Source: Trueperaceae bacterium (GTDB taxonomy: Bacteria > Deinococcota > Deinococci > Deinococcales > Trueperaceae). From it: DNA of 64,000 bases. Of this stretch, positions 53,163 through 63,827 are shown in pieces (the first letter of the stretch is position 1; each line of letters begins with the position of its first letter). The stretch covers positions 3,296,001 through 3,360,000 of the forward strand of contig OZ243913.1 in the NCBI GenBank assembly GCA_965213705.1. Direction: 5' to 3'. The notes under the pieces were generated by a model, which was given only the letters and a program-made list of their open reading frames with translations, was not told where the DNA came from and searched no databases. Made by a program: the position numbers and the translations under genes.

Positions 53163-54221
53163 ATGGATGAACAGCGTAAGAAGACGTTGGACTCGGCCCT
53201 CTTGCAAATAGAGAAGCAGTTCGGCAAGGGCGCGGTGATGCGTCTGGGAGACGAAACCGGGCGTTTGGAACAGGGCGTCATCTCCACCGGCTCGATGTCG
53301 GTGGACCTGGCTTTGGGCGTAGGCGGCTTGCCCAGGGGTAGAGTGGTCGAAATCTACGGCCCCGAATCCGGCGGCAAGACCACGCTCTCCTTGCACGTCG
53401 TCGCCGAAGCGCAACGCGTGGGCGGGGTGGCGGCTTTTATCGACGCCGAACACGCGCTCGACCCGAGTTACGCCAAAGCCATCGGCGTCGACGTCGACAA
53501 CTTGCTCGTCTCGCAACCCGACACCGGCGAACAAGCCTTGGAGATAACCGAACTGCTGGTTCGGTCGGGCGCGGTCGACATCATCGTCATCGACAGCGTC
53601 GCAGCACTGGTACCGAGAGCCGAAATCGAAGGCGAGATGGGCGACTCGCACGTCGGCTTGCAAGCCAGACTGATGAGCCAAGCTTTACGCAAACTCACCG
53701 GCATCTTGTCCAAGAGCCACACGACGGCCATCTTCATCAACCAAATCAGGGAGAAAATCGGCGTGATGTACGGCAACCCCGAGACCACGCCGGGCGGCCG
53801 GGCGCTTAAGTTCTACGCCTCGGTGCGTATGGAAGTGCGCCGCAAGGGCGACGTGAAGTCGGGCGCGGACAAGGTGGGCAACTTAACCCGCGTGAAAGTC
53901 ACCAAGAACAAAGTGGCCCCGCCCTTCAAAGAGGCCGAGGTCGAGATTATGTTCGGCCGCGGCATCGACAAGCTGGGCGACCTCATCACGGTAGCGACAG
54001 ACCTGGACGTGGTCAACAAGTCGGGCTCGTGGTACGGCTATAACGAACAGCGCTTAGGTCAGGGCAAAGAGAAAGCCGCCCAGTACCTGCAGGATAACCC
54101 TGAGCTTATCGAGGAGATAAAGCAAAGAGTTGTGGCTGTCCTCAAGGGCGAGCCGGATAAGGTTAAGGGTAAGGCGAGTGGCGATGAAACTGGCGACAAT
54201 GGGGACATGGGTGAGGAATGA
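53163..54221 (+). CDS. recA: Recombinase RecA
   Basis: [25 protein letters not shown]. Confidence 0.99.
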   Translation: MDEQRKKTLDSALLQIEKQFGKGAVMRLGDETGRLEQGVISTGSMSVDLALGVGGLPRGRVVEIYGPESGGKTTLSLHVVAEAQRVGGVAAFIDAEHALDPSYAKAIGVDVDNLLVSQPDTGEQALEITELLVRSGAVDIIVIDSVAALVPRAEIEGEMGDSHVGLQARLMSQALRKLTGILSKSHTTAIFINQIREKIGVMYGNPETTPGGRALKFYASVRMEVRRKGDVKSGADKVGNLTRVKVTKNKVAPPFKEAEVEIMFGRGIDKLGDLITVATDLDVVNKSGSWYGYNEQRLGQGKEKAAQYLQDNPELIEEIKQRVVAVLKGEPDKVKGKASGDETGDNGDMGEE

Positions 54222-55888
54222 CCGCGTTCATCCTGATCCTGGACCTGCTTCTTGGTTTGGTCATAGGGGCGGCGGTTACCTTCGTGCTGAAGGGGCGGCA
54301 CGACCAGGAGGTGCTGCAGCAGGCTGAAGCGAAAGCCGCGCAAACCAGGGCCCAAGCCGACGCCGAAGCCCAGCGCATCGTCGGCGCGGCCGAGACTGAA
54401 AAACGTCGTCTCGTCGAAGCCGAGCGCGCCCGCTTGGAGACCGAGTCCGAGCGGGCCCGCAGCGGCCTCGAGTTGGAACTCGCCCGCGCCCGCCAAGTGT
54501 TCGAACAAGAGTTCGTCCGCACCCGGCAAGACATCGAGCGCGAGCGCGTTTTCGTGGAGGGTGCCCGCGACGAAATCAAACGCGACCGCGAAAAAGTCGA
54601 ACAGGTCGAGGACCGGCTCAACCGCCGCGGCGAACAGCAAGACGCGCGGGCGCTCCGCTTGGACGACGTCGAAGAGCGTTTGAACGAGCGCACCGAGGCC
54701 GTTAAGGCTCGAGAGGACGAGTTGGGCACCAAAGCTGCCGAAATCGAGACGCGCCTCTTTGAAGTCGCGCAACTCAGCCGCGAGGCGGCGACCGAACTCA
54801 TCTTGGAGCGCCTGGACCAGGAGTTGGAGCGCGAAAAAGCGGCGCGGATTCGCGCCGAACTCGAAAAAGCCGACGCCGAGGCGAAGCGCAAGTCGTTCAA
54901 CATCATCGCGCAGGCCATCCAGCGCAGCGCCTCGGAAGTCTCGGCGGCCATCAGCGTCTCGGTGGTGCCGATTCCGTCCGACGCCATGAAGGGCCGAATC
55001 ATCGGCCGCGAGGGGCGCAACATCCGCGCCTTCGAGGCGATTACCGGTGTTGACCTCATCATCGACGACACGCCCGAGGCGGTGCTGCTGTCTTCGTTCA
55101 ACCCGATTCGCCGCGAGGTCGCCAAGCTGGCCTTGCTCGAACTCGTCGCCGACGGGCGCATCCACCCGTCACGCATCGAAGAGGTCGTGCAAAAAGCGCA
55201 GGGCGACATGCAAAGTTATATCCGCGAACGGGGCGAGGAAGCCGCGTTGGAAGCCAACGTGGTCGGCCTCAAGCCGGGGCTGCTGCAACTCTTGGGCCGG
55301 ATGCACTTTCGCACCTCCTACGGTCAAAACGTCCTCAAACACTCGGTCCAGGTCGCGCACATGACCGGCATTATCGCCGCCGAACTCGGCTTGGACGAAA
55401 CCCTAGCGCGCCGCGCCGGGCTGCTCCACGACATCGGCAAGTCCATCGACCGCGAAATCGAAGGAACCCACACCGAAATCGGCGCGAACTTAGGCAAGCG
55501 CTTCGGCGAACCGCTAGAAGTCGTCGACGCCATCGCCCACCACCACGAAGTCGAACTGTCCGAAACCTTGTTTCCGGTCATCGTGCAAGCCGCCGACGCG
55601 ATTTCGGCGGCGCGGCCGGGCGCGCGGCGCGAAACTTTGGAAAGCTACTTAAAGAGGCTCGAGGCCCTCGAGACCATCGCCACCAGTTTCCCCGGCGTCG
55701 AAAAGTCCTTCGCTATCCAGGCGGGCCGCGAAATCCGCATTATCGTCCAGCCGGACAAGGTCGACGACGCCTCGGCAGTTTTGTTAGCCAGAGACGTCGC
55801 CAACCGCATCGAGCGGGACATGGAGTATCCCGGCCAGGTGCAAGTCACCGTCGTGCGCGAGTCGCGGGCAGTCGAGTACGCGCGCTAG
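54218..55888 (+). CDS. rny: Ribonuclease Y
   Basis: N-terminal TM, coiled coil, KH domain [14 protein letters not shown] motif LLHDIGK. Confidence 0.97.
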   Translation: MTAFILILDLLLGLVIGAAVTFVLKGRHDQEVLQQAEAKAAQTRAQADAEAQRIVGAAETEKRRLVEAERARLETESERARSGLELELARARQVFEQEFVRTRQDIERERVFVEGARDEIKRDREKVEQVEDRLNRRGEQQDARALRLDDVEERLNERTEAVKAREDELGTKAAEIETRLFEVAQLSREAATELILERLDQELEREKAARIRAELEKADAEAKRKSFNIIAQAIQRSASEVSAAISVSVVPIPSDAMKGRIIGREGRNIRAFEAITGVDLIIDDTPEAVLLSSFNPIRREVAKLALLELVADGRIHPSRIEEVVQKAQGDMQSYIRERGEEAALEANVVGLKPGLLQLLGRMHFRTSYGQNVLKHSVQVAHMTGIIAAELGLDETLARRAGLLHDIGKSIDREIEGTHTEIGANLGKRFGEPLEVVDAIAHHHEVELSETLFPVIVQAADAISAARPGARRETLESYLKRLEALETIATSFPGVEKSFAIQAGREIRIIVQPDKVDDASAVLLARDVANRIERDMEYPGQVQVTVVRESRAVEYAR

Positions 55889-55933
55889 CCGCTGACAACA
55901 CTTTCGCTAAAGAGCGCACTTTTTCAGCGCGTC

Positions 55934-55962
55934 GCAGGGGCGGGTTTTAAACCCGCCCCTAC
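55934..55962. repeat. GTAG-family REP-like palindrome
   Basis: Minus strand GTAGGGGCGGGTTTAAAACCCGCCCCTGC downstream of rny. Confidence 0.75.
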
Positions 55963-56220
55963 CTCACATGGCTTATACCCCACCTGGATTAAGCCGCTGG
56001 TTGAGAGCACAGGGTCCGTCTGACCGAGGAATCTCAAACGCGGGCTCGAGCAGCCGGGGAAAGAGAGGTTTTTCTCCGCCCTCGACTGTTCTTTCACCCA
56101 CCTCACCGGTTTCAAACTGGTGTATAGTGGCGTTCGGCATTTACGGGTCACCTGCTACGCCAGCTCGTCCAGGTCTAACAATCCCAAAACCAAAAGCTTC
56201 TCGCTATGTGTGGAGGCGGC

Positions 56221-57981
56221 GTGCGACAAACGTTTAGAGACTTGTACGGCTACATAAAGCGCTACCCCGGACCCTTTTTAATAGGCATCGTCGCACTTTT
56301 ATTCTCGAGCTACTTCGCCACCCTCGCCCCGGTCATCATCGGCAACGCCATCGACGCCTTTAAAAACGGCACCGTGACCACTTCAAGCGTGTGGCGTTAC
56401 GTCGGCGCGCTGGTCGGGGTGACAGCTATCGCGGCCACGTCGATGATCGTCGTGCGCCGCACGATGCTGAACGCGAGTTGGGAAATCCAGTTCGACATTC
56501 GCCACGACCTCTTCGAGCGTTTTACCTTTTTAGACGCCAACTACTACGACAACCACCGCGTCGGCGACCTCATGGCGCGGCTCACCTCCGACTTGAGCGC
56601 GGTGCGGATGATGGTCGGGGTGGGCATTTTCCAGGGTATCAACACGCTGCTGACCCTGTTCTTCACGCTCTACCGCATGGCGAACTTAAACGGCCGCCTG
56701 ACGCTCTTCACGCTGATTATCGTGCCCTTTATCGCGCTCAGCTTTTTCTTGCTGCTGCGACTCATCCACAAACGCTACGAGCGGGTGCAAGAGCAGTTCG
56801 GCGACGTGTCGGCGATGGCGCAGGAGAACTTCAGCGGCATTCGCGTGGTCAAGGGCTTCGGCATCGAAGAGCGCGAGGTGCAGTCGTTCGGCCGGCTGAA
56901 CGACGAGTTCATCCGCCGCAACCTGTCTTTGGTCAAGGTCGACGGGCCGTTGTTTCCGCTCATGGAACTGCTGTTCGGCATCACCATCTCGGCGCTGCTG
57001 CTCTTGGGCGGGCGCGCGGTACTGCTCGGCGACGTGTTTACGGTCGGTGAGTTCGCCTCGTTCGTCCTGCTGTTTATGGGCATCGAGTGGCCGATTATCG
57101 CCTTCGGCTGGATTGGCAGCGTGTTGCAGCGCGGCGTGACCTCGTGGGGTCGGTTGCGCGAGGTGTTCGACGAGCAACCCCACGTCAAGGACGGCCCGCA
57201 GACCGACTTTTCCCTGCGCAGCGTCAAAGGGAGTATCGAATTTCGCAACGTGAGCTTGAAGTTCGAAGACTTTGTGGCGCTCGACGACGTGTCGTTCAAG
57301 ATTGCCCAGGGCGAGCGCGTCGGCCTGACCGGGCGCACCGGCTCGGGCAAAACGATGATTGTGAACTTGGTGGCGCGGCTGCTCGAGCCCACCGCGGGCG
57401 AAATCTTTATCGACGGGATTGATATAAAGAAGTACCCGCTCGAGGTCTTGCGCCGCTACATCGGCATCGTGCCGCAGGAGCCGTTTTTGTTCTCCGACAC
57501 GATTGCCGAGAACATCGCCTTCGGCATCCCCGAAGACGACAGCGAGGCGCGGCTGAAGCGCATCAAAGAAGTCGCTCAGTTGGTGCAACTCGACGGCGAC
57601 ATCGAAGACTTCCCCGACAAGTACGAAACCTCGCTCGGCGAGCGCGGCGTGACGCTCTCGGGCGGGCAGCGGCAGCGCACCGCGATGGCGCGGGCCATCA
57701 TCCGCGACCCGGCCATCCTCATTTTGGACGACGCGCTGAGCGCGGTCGATACGCAAACCGAAGCGCTGATTTTGGAAGGCTTGGAGGGCGTCGCCAGGGG
57801 CCGCACGACGCTGATCGTCGCCCACCGCATAAGCGCCTTTCAAAACGCCGACCGGGTGCTCGTTTTAGAAGACGGCCGCATCGTCGAACAGGGCACGCAC
57901 GACCAGCTCGTCAAGCTCGACGGCTGGTACGCCGACATGGACAGACGGCAGCAGTTAGAGGCCGACTTGGAGGCCGCGTAG
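56221..57981 (+). CDS. ABC exporter, fused TMD-NBD (heterodimer subunit A)
   Basis: GRTGSGKT, LSGGQRQR, degenerate ILDDAL; GGAGG before GTG at 56221. Confidence 0.92.
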   Translation: MRQTFRDLYGYIKRYPGPFLIGIVALLFSSYFATLAPVIIGNAIDAFKNGTVTTSSVWRYVGALVGVTAIAATSMIVVRRTMLNASWEIQFDIRHDLFERFTFLDANYYDNHRVGDLMARLTSDLSAVRMMVGVGIFQGINTLLTLFFTLYRMANLNGRLTLFTLIIVPFIALSFFLLLRLIHKRYERVQEQFGDVSAMAQENFSGIRVVKGFGIEEREVQSFGRLNDEFIRRNLSLVKVDGPLFPLMELLFGITISALLLLGGRAVLLGDVFTVGEFASFVLLFMGIEWPIIAFGWIGSVLQRGVTSWGRLREVFDEQPHVKDGPQTDFSLRSVKGSIEFRNVSLKFEDFVALDDVSFKIAQGERVGLTGRTGSGKTMIVNLVARLLEPTAGEIFIDGIDIKKYPLEVLRRYIGIVPQEPFLFSDTIAENIAFGIPEDDSEARLKRIKEVAQLVQLDGDIEDFPDKYETSLGERGVTLSGGQRQRTAMARAIIRDPAILILDDALSAVDTQTEALILEGLEGVARGRTTLIVAHRISAFQNADRVLVLEDGRIVEQGTHDQLVKLDGWYADMDRRQQLEADLEAA

Positions 57982-59960
57982 TGGCAGACTCGCAAGCCAA
58001 CCCCGAACCCGTCAAGCGCGGCCTGACCGACATGTCGGGCGAAAACTACGATGTCAACGAGGCCAAGGCGCGGCACGCCGCCGGGCGGCGCAAACACTCG
58101 CGCGACATCCGCGACGAGGGCAACTACACCGAAGACGGCGAACTGTTCAAAAAAGCCTTCGACTGGCAGGTGACGCGGCGGTTGCTGCGCTACTTCACGC
58201 CGTACCGGCCACAGCTCGTCTCGGGAATTTTTCTGTTGTTGGTCTCGAGCGCCCTCAGCCCGGCGTTTCCCTACCTCATCCGGCTCGTCATCGACCGCTA
58301 CATCAACCCACAGGCCGCACCCTACCTCACGCTCGACATCGACGCGCGTTTGCAGGGTTTGCTGACCATCGTCTTCATCTACGTCGGGCTGAAAGTCGTG
58401 AGCTTTTGTCTGCGCTACGGCTACACTTACCTCGTCGCCTGGATAGGCCAGCACGTCATTTACGACCTGCGCAAAGAGATTTTCAGCAAGATTCAGCGGA
58501 TGCACATGGGCTTTTTCGACCGCACCCCGGTCGGCCGACTCATGACCCGAATCACCACCGACGTCGACGCGATTCAGACGATGATGACCGACGGCGTGGT
58601 CGGGCTCATCGCCGACATCGGGATTATCACGGGTTTGATCGTGTACATGCTCATCATCAACTGGCAGCTCGCCCTCGTGACCTTGACCGTAATGCCCATA
58701 CTGTTCTTCACCCTGAACGCGCTGCGGTTGCGCATCCGCGACGCCTACCGCACGGTGCGGCTGCGCACCTCGCGCTCGAACGCTTACCTGGCCGAAAACT
58801 TAACCGGCATGAAAACGGTACAAATTTTCAACCGCGAATCCAGAAACGCTCGAGGCTTTGACGAAATCAACTTGGGGCTGCTTGACGCCTACATCGAGCA
58901 GATCCGCTGGTTCAGCCTGTTTTACCCGAGCGTGCAAATCGTCGGCTCGCTGGCGCTGGCGGCGATTCTCTACTACGGCGCGTTTCAACTCGGCGGCGTC
59001 CCCGCCGGTGAGGGCGCGATTACCGTCGGCGTGCTGTTCGCGTTTATCCAGTACGCGCAAATGTTTTTCCGACCCCTCCAGGATTTGAGTGACAAGTACA
59101 ACATCATGCAGGCGGCGATGGCCTCGTCGGAGCGCATTTTCGGCCTGCTCGACACCTCCGAGCAAATCGCCAACCGCCCCGACCCGCTGAGCTTCGAGAC
59201 GAAGTTCCGCGGCGAGGTGCAGTTCGACCACGTCTGGTTCGCCTACCAAAACGAGGAATGGGTGCTGCGCGACCTGGACTTCACCATCAAACCCGGTGAG
59301 AGCGTCGCCTTTGTCGGCCACACGGGCGCGGGCAAGACGACCGTCATCAGCCTCGTGAGTCGTTTTTACGACGTGCAGAAGGGCGCGGTGCGAATCGACG
59401 GCAAAGACGTCCGCGACTACGACCAGACCGACCTGCGGCGGCACGTCGGCATCGTCTTACAGGACCCGTTTTTGTTCAGCGGCACGGTGCTGAGCAACAT
59501 CACCCTGAACGACGAGACCATCACGCGGGAGCAGGTCGTCGAGGCGGCCAAGTTCGTCAACGCGCACCGCTTTATCGAGCGTCTACCCGAGGGCTACGAC
59601 ACCCCGGTGCGCGAGCGGGGCGCGGGTTTTTCGACGGGGCAGAAACAGCTTTTGGCCTTCGCTCGAGCCCTCGTCCAGAACCCGGACATCCTCCTCGTGC
59701 TCGACGAAGCCACCGCCAACGTCGACACCGAGACCGAAGAACTCATCCAGGACGCCCTCGAGAAACTCATGCAGGGCCGCACCAGCATCATCATCGCGCA
59801 CCGGCTCTCGACCATCCAGGACGCCGACCGAATTATGGTGATGCGCAAGGGCAAACTCATCGAGTCGGGTAGCCACTTCGAACTGTTGGAGCAGGACGGC
59901 TATTACCGGAAGTTGTACGAGTTGCAATACCAGGAGCGGCCGGGGGCGGCGGGGGGTTAG
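57981..59960 (+). CDS. ABC exporter, fused TMD-NBD (heterodimer subunit B)
   Basis: GHTGAGKTT, FSTGQKQ, LDEAT. Confidence 0.92.
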   Translation: MADSQANPEPVKRGLTDMSGENYDVNEAKARHAAGRRKHSRDIRDEGNYTEDGELFKKAFDWQVTRRLLRYFTPYRPQLVSGIFLLLVSSALSPAFPYLIRLVIDRYINPQAAPYLTLDIDARLQGLLTIVFIYVGLKVVSFCLRYGYTYLVAWIGQHVIYDLRKEIFSKIQRMHMGFFDRTPVGRLMTRITTDVDAIQTMMTDGVVGLIADIGIITGLIVYMLIINWQLALVTLTVMPILFFTLNALRLRIRDAYRTVRLRTSRSNAYLAENLTGMKTVQIFNRESRNARGFDEINLGLLDAYIEQIRWFSLFYPSVQIVGSLALAAILYYGAFQLGGVPAGEGAITVGVLFAFIQYAQMFFRPLQDLSDKYNIMQAAMASSERIFGLLDTSEQIANRPDPLSFETKFRGEVQFDHVWFAYQNEEWVLRDLDFTIKPGESVAFVGHTGAGKTTVISLVSRFYDVQKGAVRIDGKDVRDYDQTDLRRHVGIVLQDPFLFSGTVLSNITLNDETITREQVVEAAKFVNAHRFIERLPEGYDTPVRERGAGFSTGQKQLLAFARALVQNPDILLVLDEATANVDTETEELIQDALEKLMQGRTSIIIAHRLSTIQDADRIMVMRKGKLIESGSHFELLEQDGYYRKLYELQYQERPGAAGG

Positions 59961-59970
59961 GGCTCGAGCC

Positions 59971-60825
59971 TCAGGGCCAAGGACGTACCCAAACCCCCTT
60001 CTCGTCTCGAACACAGCCCCAAGCTGCTAATTTTCGCTCGGCTTCGCAGGCCAACCACTCTCCGAACCCTTTGACGAACCCTTCCGTAGCATCGCCCAGA
60101 ACCGGGTTGACGGCTAGCTCGAGCGCCCGGTACATCTCGGCTGCTTTGCCTGGATAGTGCTTGGCAAAACTTTCGTAGCACAAATACAGGTCTCGAGTAA
60201 ACCGCTGTTCTTCGACCATGACGAGTTCCATGCCTAATCTCAAGAAACGCCGCATCATCCAGTTGATGAATTCCGGTTTGTCCGCTTCGGGTTCTGCGGG
60301 GTACTCGGACAAAAAGGTCTCGAGGTGAGACCGGAAGTATTTTGTTTGAAAGGCCATGTCGGGGCCGGGTTTGTACGGCGCGATTTCGTTAGCCACGTCC
60401 TCGCCGTAAACGCAGGCCGCTTCCGTCTTGAGGATGAGCGCGTAAGGGTTTTCCCTGTTCTGCGCCTCCTCGAAGGTTTCCAAACCGACTTCGACGCCCG
60501 TCACGAACGAAAAATCCTCACGGACGGTCTTCTCGAGCGCTTCGGCCCAAGCCTTGACGGCTTCGTAAGAAAGCTCTTGCCCACAACCGGGCTTCAGCAC
60601 GGCAAAACTGTCGATGTCGGACGTACCTTCGACGGCCAAACCCTTGGCGATGGAACCGCGGACGTAGACGCTGTGAATGGTTTCAGGCCACTGCTCGAGG
60701 TACGCCTTTTTGACCTCCTCGACCGCCGCCCGCCACGGGCCGGTGACGTTGGCGGCGTCGGCGCGGCTTTGCAAAAAGCCCTGCTCGTCCGTTTCCAGGT
60801 AGTTGCCGATGCGTTTGATTTCCAT
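59971..60825 (-). CDS. Pol-beta-like nucleotidyltransferase domain protein
   Basis: VYVRGSIAKG...SDID; AAGGAG 8 nt before ATG at 60825. Confidence 0.8.
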   Translation of the reverse strand: MEIKRIGNYLETDEQGFLQSRADAANVTGPWRAAVEEVKKAYLEQWPETIHSVYVRGSIAKGLAVEGTSDIDSFAVLKPGCGQELSYEAVKAWAEALEKTVREDFSFVTGVEVGLETFEEAQNRENPYALILKTEAACVYGEDVANEIAPYKPGPDMAFQTKYFRSHLETFLSEYPAEPEADKPEFINWMMRRFLRLGMELVMVEEQRFTRDLYLCYESFAKHYPGKAAEMYRALELAVNPVLGDATEGFVKGFGEWLACEAERKLAAWGCVRDEKGVWVRPWP

Positions 60826-60837
60826 GTGGGTCACTCC

Positions 60838-61404
60838 TTAAGTCGAGAAGTCACTCAACCCCGCCTTTGCGTAAATTTGCCGGTGGCTCAACTCAGTGTC
60901 CACGCAAGGGACGGGCACAGCGTCACCTGCTGCGAAACTACGCTCTTCCCAGCCGTCCTGGGTGCGGTAGTGGCCGACCACCCGGACACTGAGGCTGTCG
61001 ACAAGCAGGTAGACAGAGAGGGTTTCAATACTCTGATAAAAAAGCTGCTTTTCGTGTAAGTCTTTCCTGGCGGTCGAACCACTCAGCACTTCGACAACGA
61101 CGCACGGGTTGTCCTGATGGTCCAAAGTCAGGTCGTTGTCACAGACCACCATCACGTCGGGGTAATAGTAGACGGTTGCCGAAGCCCTGACTTTCATGTC
61201 GCTGGCGTAAACCACGCAGTCGCGGTTTTCCAGGGCGTTCCCAAAGGCGCGGGCAATGTTTAGAGCGATGATGTTGTGCGCCGGGGTCGAACCCGCCATC
61301 GCGTAAACATAACCGTTCACGTACTCATGGCGGACATCGGCATCTTTTTCGCCTTCCAAGTAGTCTTCGACGCTGATGCGTTCAAAAGCTTTCGAGGCGT
61401 ACAT
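60838..61404 (-). CDS. Uma2 family endonuclease
   Basis: RHEYVNG..YAMAG, YYPDVMVVC, VVEVLSGST...D..EK. Confidence 0.9.
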   Translation of the reverse strand: MYASKAFERISVEDYLEGEKDADVRHEYVNGYVYAMAGSTPAHNIIALNIARAFGNALENRDCVVYASDMKVRASATVYYYPDVMVVCDNDLTLDHQDNPCVVVEVLSGSTARKDLHEKQLFYQSIETLSVYLLVDSLSVRVVGHYRTQDGWEERSFAAGDAVPVPCVDTELSHRQIYAKAGLSDFST

Positions 61405-61449
61405 GAGGACAGTTTAGCAGAGCCATGTGGCTCGAGCGGTCCAGCAGAC

Positions 61450-62268
61450 CTAAGCCATCCCCGCAAACAAGTCGTCCACCGGCATCCCCGGAAACGACCC
61501 GCGCAGGCCGCCCAACGTAAACGTTTCTCGAGCGAACAGACTTTGCCACACGTCTTTTTCGGTGCCGTCATTCATACTCGCGAACGACGACTGCGGGCCA
61601 GTCTGTGAACGGTGCGCTTTTATGGCGGCCTCTTTTTGCGCGGCGTAAGGCGTCACGTCGAGTACCGCGGCGAACGACTCGTCCGAGACGCCGTAAAGGT
61701 CGGCGTCGAGTTCGGAGAGCGGTGAGTTTTCGCGCATCGCTTGCATGTCGCGCATTTGCTCCGACGCCATCGCGTTGTAAAACAGGCGCTGCGGCGCTGG
61801 GGTCGTCACGCCGCCCGCCGACCAAAAGGCGGCAGTCGCGGCGCGGTGGACTTTGACGTGGTCGATGTGACCGTAAATCCCGTGCGGGTCGAAAGTGATG
61901 ATGATGTCCGGTTTGAGGTCGGCAATGTGGCCGAGAAGGGTCTGCTCGACGGCGAACTCGTCCACGTTCATCAGGGCTTTGGGGTCGTCATAACGGGTGC
62001 GCTCATGGCGGCCCGAATCGTGGTAGTCGAGAAAAATCGGCGCGTTGATGCCCAAAGCCTCGCAGGCCGCGCGTAGTTCGGCTTCGCGCAGCTTGCCTTT
62101 GTCGCTGTCCGCGGCAATGGTTGGGTCGGTGATTTTGCCGGACTCGCCGCGGTTGGCGCAAATCAGGGAAACTTGCGCGCCTTCGGCGGCGTAGCGAGCT
62201 AAGGTGCCGCCGGTGCCGAAAGCTTCGTCGTCGGGGTGGGCGTAGATAGCTAGGAGTCGTCTGGGCAT
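61450..62268 (-). CDS. PIG-L/LmbE family deacetylase (BshB/MshB-like)
   Basis: AHPDDE, R.AEL, GIYGHIDH, AHRSQ. Confidence 0.9.
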   Translation of the reverse strand: MPRRLLAIYAHPDDEAFGTGGTLARYAAEGAQVSLICANRGESGKITDPTIAADSDKGKLREAELRAACEALGINAPIFLDYHDSGRHERTRYDDPKALMNVDEFAVEQTLLGHIADLKPDIIITFDPHGIYGHIDHVKVHRAATAAFWSAGGVTTPAPQRLFYNAMASEQMRDMQAMRENSPLSELDADLYGVSDESFAAVLDVTPYAAQKEAAIKAHRSQTGPQSSFASMNDGTEKDVWQSLFARETFTLGGLRGSFPGMPVDDLFAGMA

Positions 62269-62436
62269 AGCGTCACTCTAACCCCGGCGACCCGGCTTTT
62301 GAGAAACGCCGCACTCAGTCGGTTTTGGAGATGCTCGTCCTCGAGCCTCCAAACACCTTTGACCTCGCGGCAAACCTCACGGCTGCAAAATCTTATTCTC
62401 GCGTCTTCGACTGGCTTCGACTCACCCAAGCTCGCG

Positions 62437-62955
62437 TCAATCGCCGTTCACCGTCACCCGGTAAACAAAGGGGGCCTCTTGGCCTGGCTCGAACGGCGTA
62501 AGCAGGGTCCAGCGCACCACGCTGTAGTCGCTCGGCGCGGCGGGCTGGCGGGCACCGGCGACGGTTTTGAACAGGGGCGCGTCGCCGTCGCCGAAGGTTT
62601 CACCGTCGACCGAAAATTCGGTGAGGACATCGTCGCTAGTCGGCGTGGCCGAATTAGCGACGTAGGTGGTACCGTCCGGCACCGGGCCGGTCACCACGAC
62701 GGTGCCGGGCGGCAGGGTGGTGTCGCCGTCGTTGTTGGCAAACAGCCGGTACTCGACCGTTTGGCCGGGGCGGGCGGTGGCGGCCTCCTGGAACGTTTCG
62801 TTGCCGCCCACCCTGCTGACGATGAAAATTTCCAAACTGACCGACACCGGGTTGGCGTTGGGGTCAGCGTTTTGGTCGGCCTCGGCTTGCGCCCACGCGG
62901 CTGCGGGGGCGAGAAGCGCGAGCAGACAAACTAGGGTTTTGAAGGTTCTGAGCAT
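62437..62955 (-). CDS. Secreted Ig-like (DUF11-like) protein
   Basis: Signal peptide ending AWA; ARPGQTVEYRL, GPVPDGTTYVANSA, YRVTV; AAAGGAG RBS. Confidence 0.7.
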   Translation of the reverse strand: MLRTFKTLVCLLALLAPAAAWAQAEADQNADPNANPVSVSLEIFIVSRVGGNETFQEAATARPGQTVEYRLFANNDGDTTLPPGTVVVTGPVPDGTTYVANSATPTSDDVLTEFSVDGETFGDGDAPLFKTVAGARQPAAPSDYSVVRWTLLTPFEPGQEAPFVYRVTVNGD

Positions 62956-63041
62956 GGTTCTCCTTTTAGCGAGCATAGCAAGCCTCGATTTGAAGGTGTT
63001 CAGGGTTGCATGAAGTCCAGCTTGAGTTGAGGCTCGAGGCC

Positions 63042-63827
63042 TCAGGACTTGTGCTCGAGCACCCGGTCGACAAATGCTTTCATGATCGCAAACACCTCGT
63101 CCCGCTGTTCGAAGTGCGGCGCGTGGGCGCACCCCGGCAACAGCCGCGCGTCGCAGGGGCCGCCGGTCTGGGTGGCGATGGCCTCGACCTGCTTGGCCGT
63201 ACCGTACTGGTCGTCCGCGCCTTGCAGCACGAGGAGCGGCACGCGGACGTCGGGGAGAAAAGTCTCCAAGTTCCAGGTGCGAAAGTCCTCGGACAGCCAG
63301 GTGTCGTTCCAGCCCCAAAACGCCACGTCGACGTGGTCGTGGTATTTCGCCAGGCGGGCGCGCAAGTCGCCTTGTAGGTACTGCTCGCGCACCTTGCGGA
63401 TAGACGTTATGGTGACCTGTTCGGTGAACACGTGCGCCGCCTCGGTGACGACGCCGCGCAACCCCGGCGCAGTCGTGCCTCCCGCGTAAACCAGGGCGAT
63501 GGAGCCGCCGTCCGAGTGCCCGACGAGCACGTGGTCCCGTATCTCCAGCTTGGACAGCATTTGGGGCAACACGTTTAAAGCCTCGTGGTGAAGATAGTGG
63601 GCGGTGCGCGGCAGCTCGCACGGGTCGGAACGTCCGTAACCCGCACGGCTGTAAAGAAGTGCGCCGCAGCCCGTCGCCGCGGCGAGGCTTGCGGGAAAGT
63701 CGCGCCACAGTTCCGCACAGCCCAGACCCTCGTGCAAAAACACCAGCGTCGGGGCGTCTTGGGGTGGGGGGCCGTGCCAAAGGTACTCGAGCCGCTGGCC
63801 GTCCAAGGTCACGTTCAGTTCTGTCAA
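63042..63827 (-). CDS. Alpha/beta hydrolase
   Basis: FLHEGLG, GHSDGG nucleophile elbow, QGADDQYG, HAPH; start approximate. Confidence 0.88.
   Translation of the reverse strand: MTELNVTLDGQRLEYLWHGPPPQDAPTLVFLHEGLGCAELWRDFPASLAAATGCGALLYSRAGYGRSDPCELPRTAHYLHHEALNVLPQMLSKLEIRDHVLVGHSDGGSIALVYAGGTTAPGLRGVVTEAAHVFTEQVTITSIRKVREQYLQGDLRARLAKYHDHVDVAFWGWNDTWLSEDFRTWNLETFLPDVRVPLLVLQGADDQYGTAKQVEAIATQTGGPCDARLLPGCAHAPHFEQRDEVFAIMKAFVDRVLEHKS

Noticed and set aside
62956..63780. 447-aa ORF extending the DUF11-like gene upstream
   Set aside because: The upstream part overlaps the alpha/beta hydrolase in another frame; the signal peptide and RBS indicate a start at 62955.
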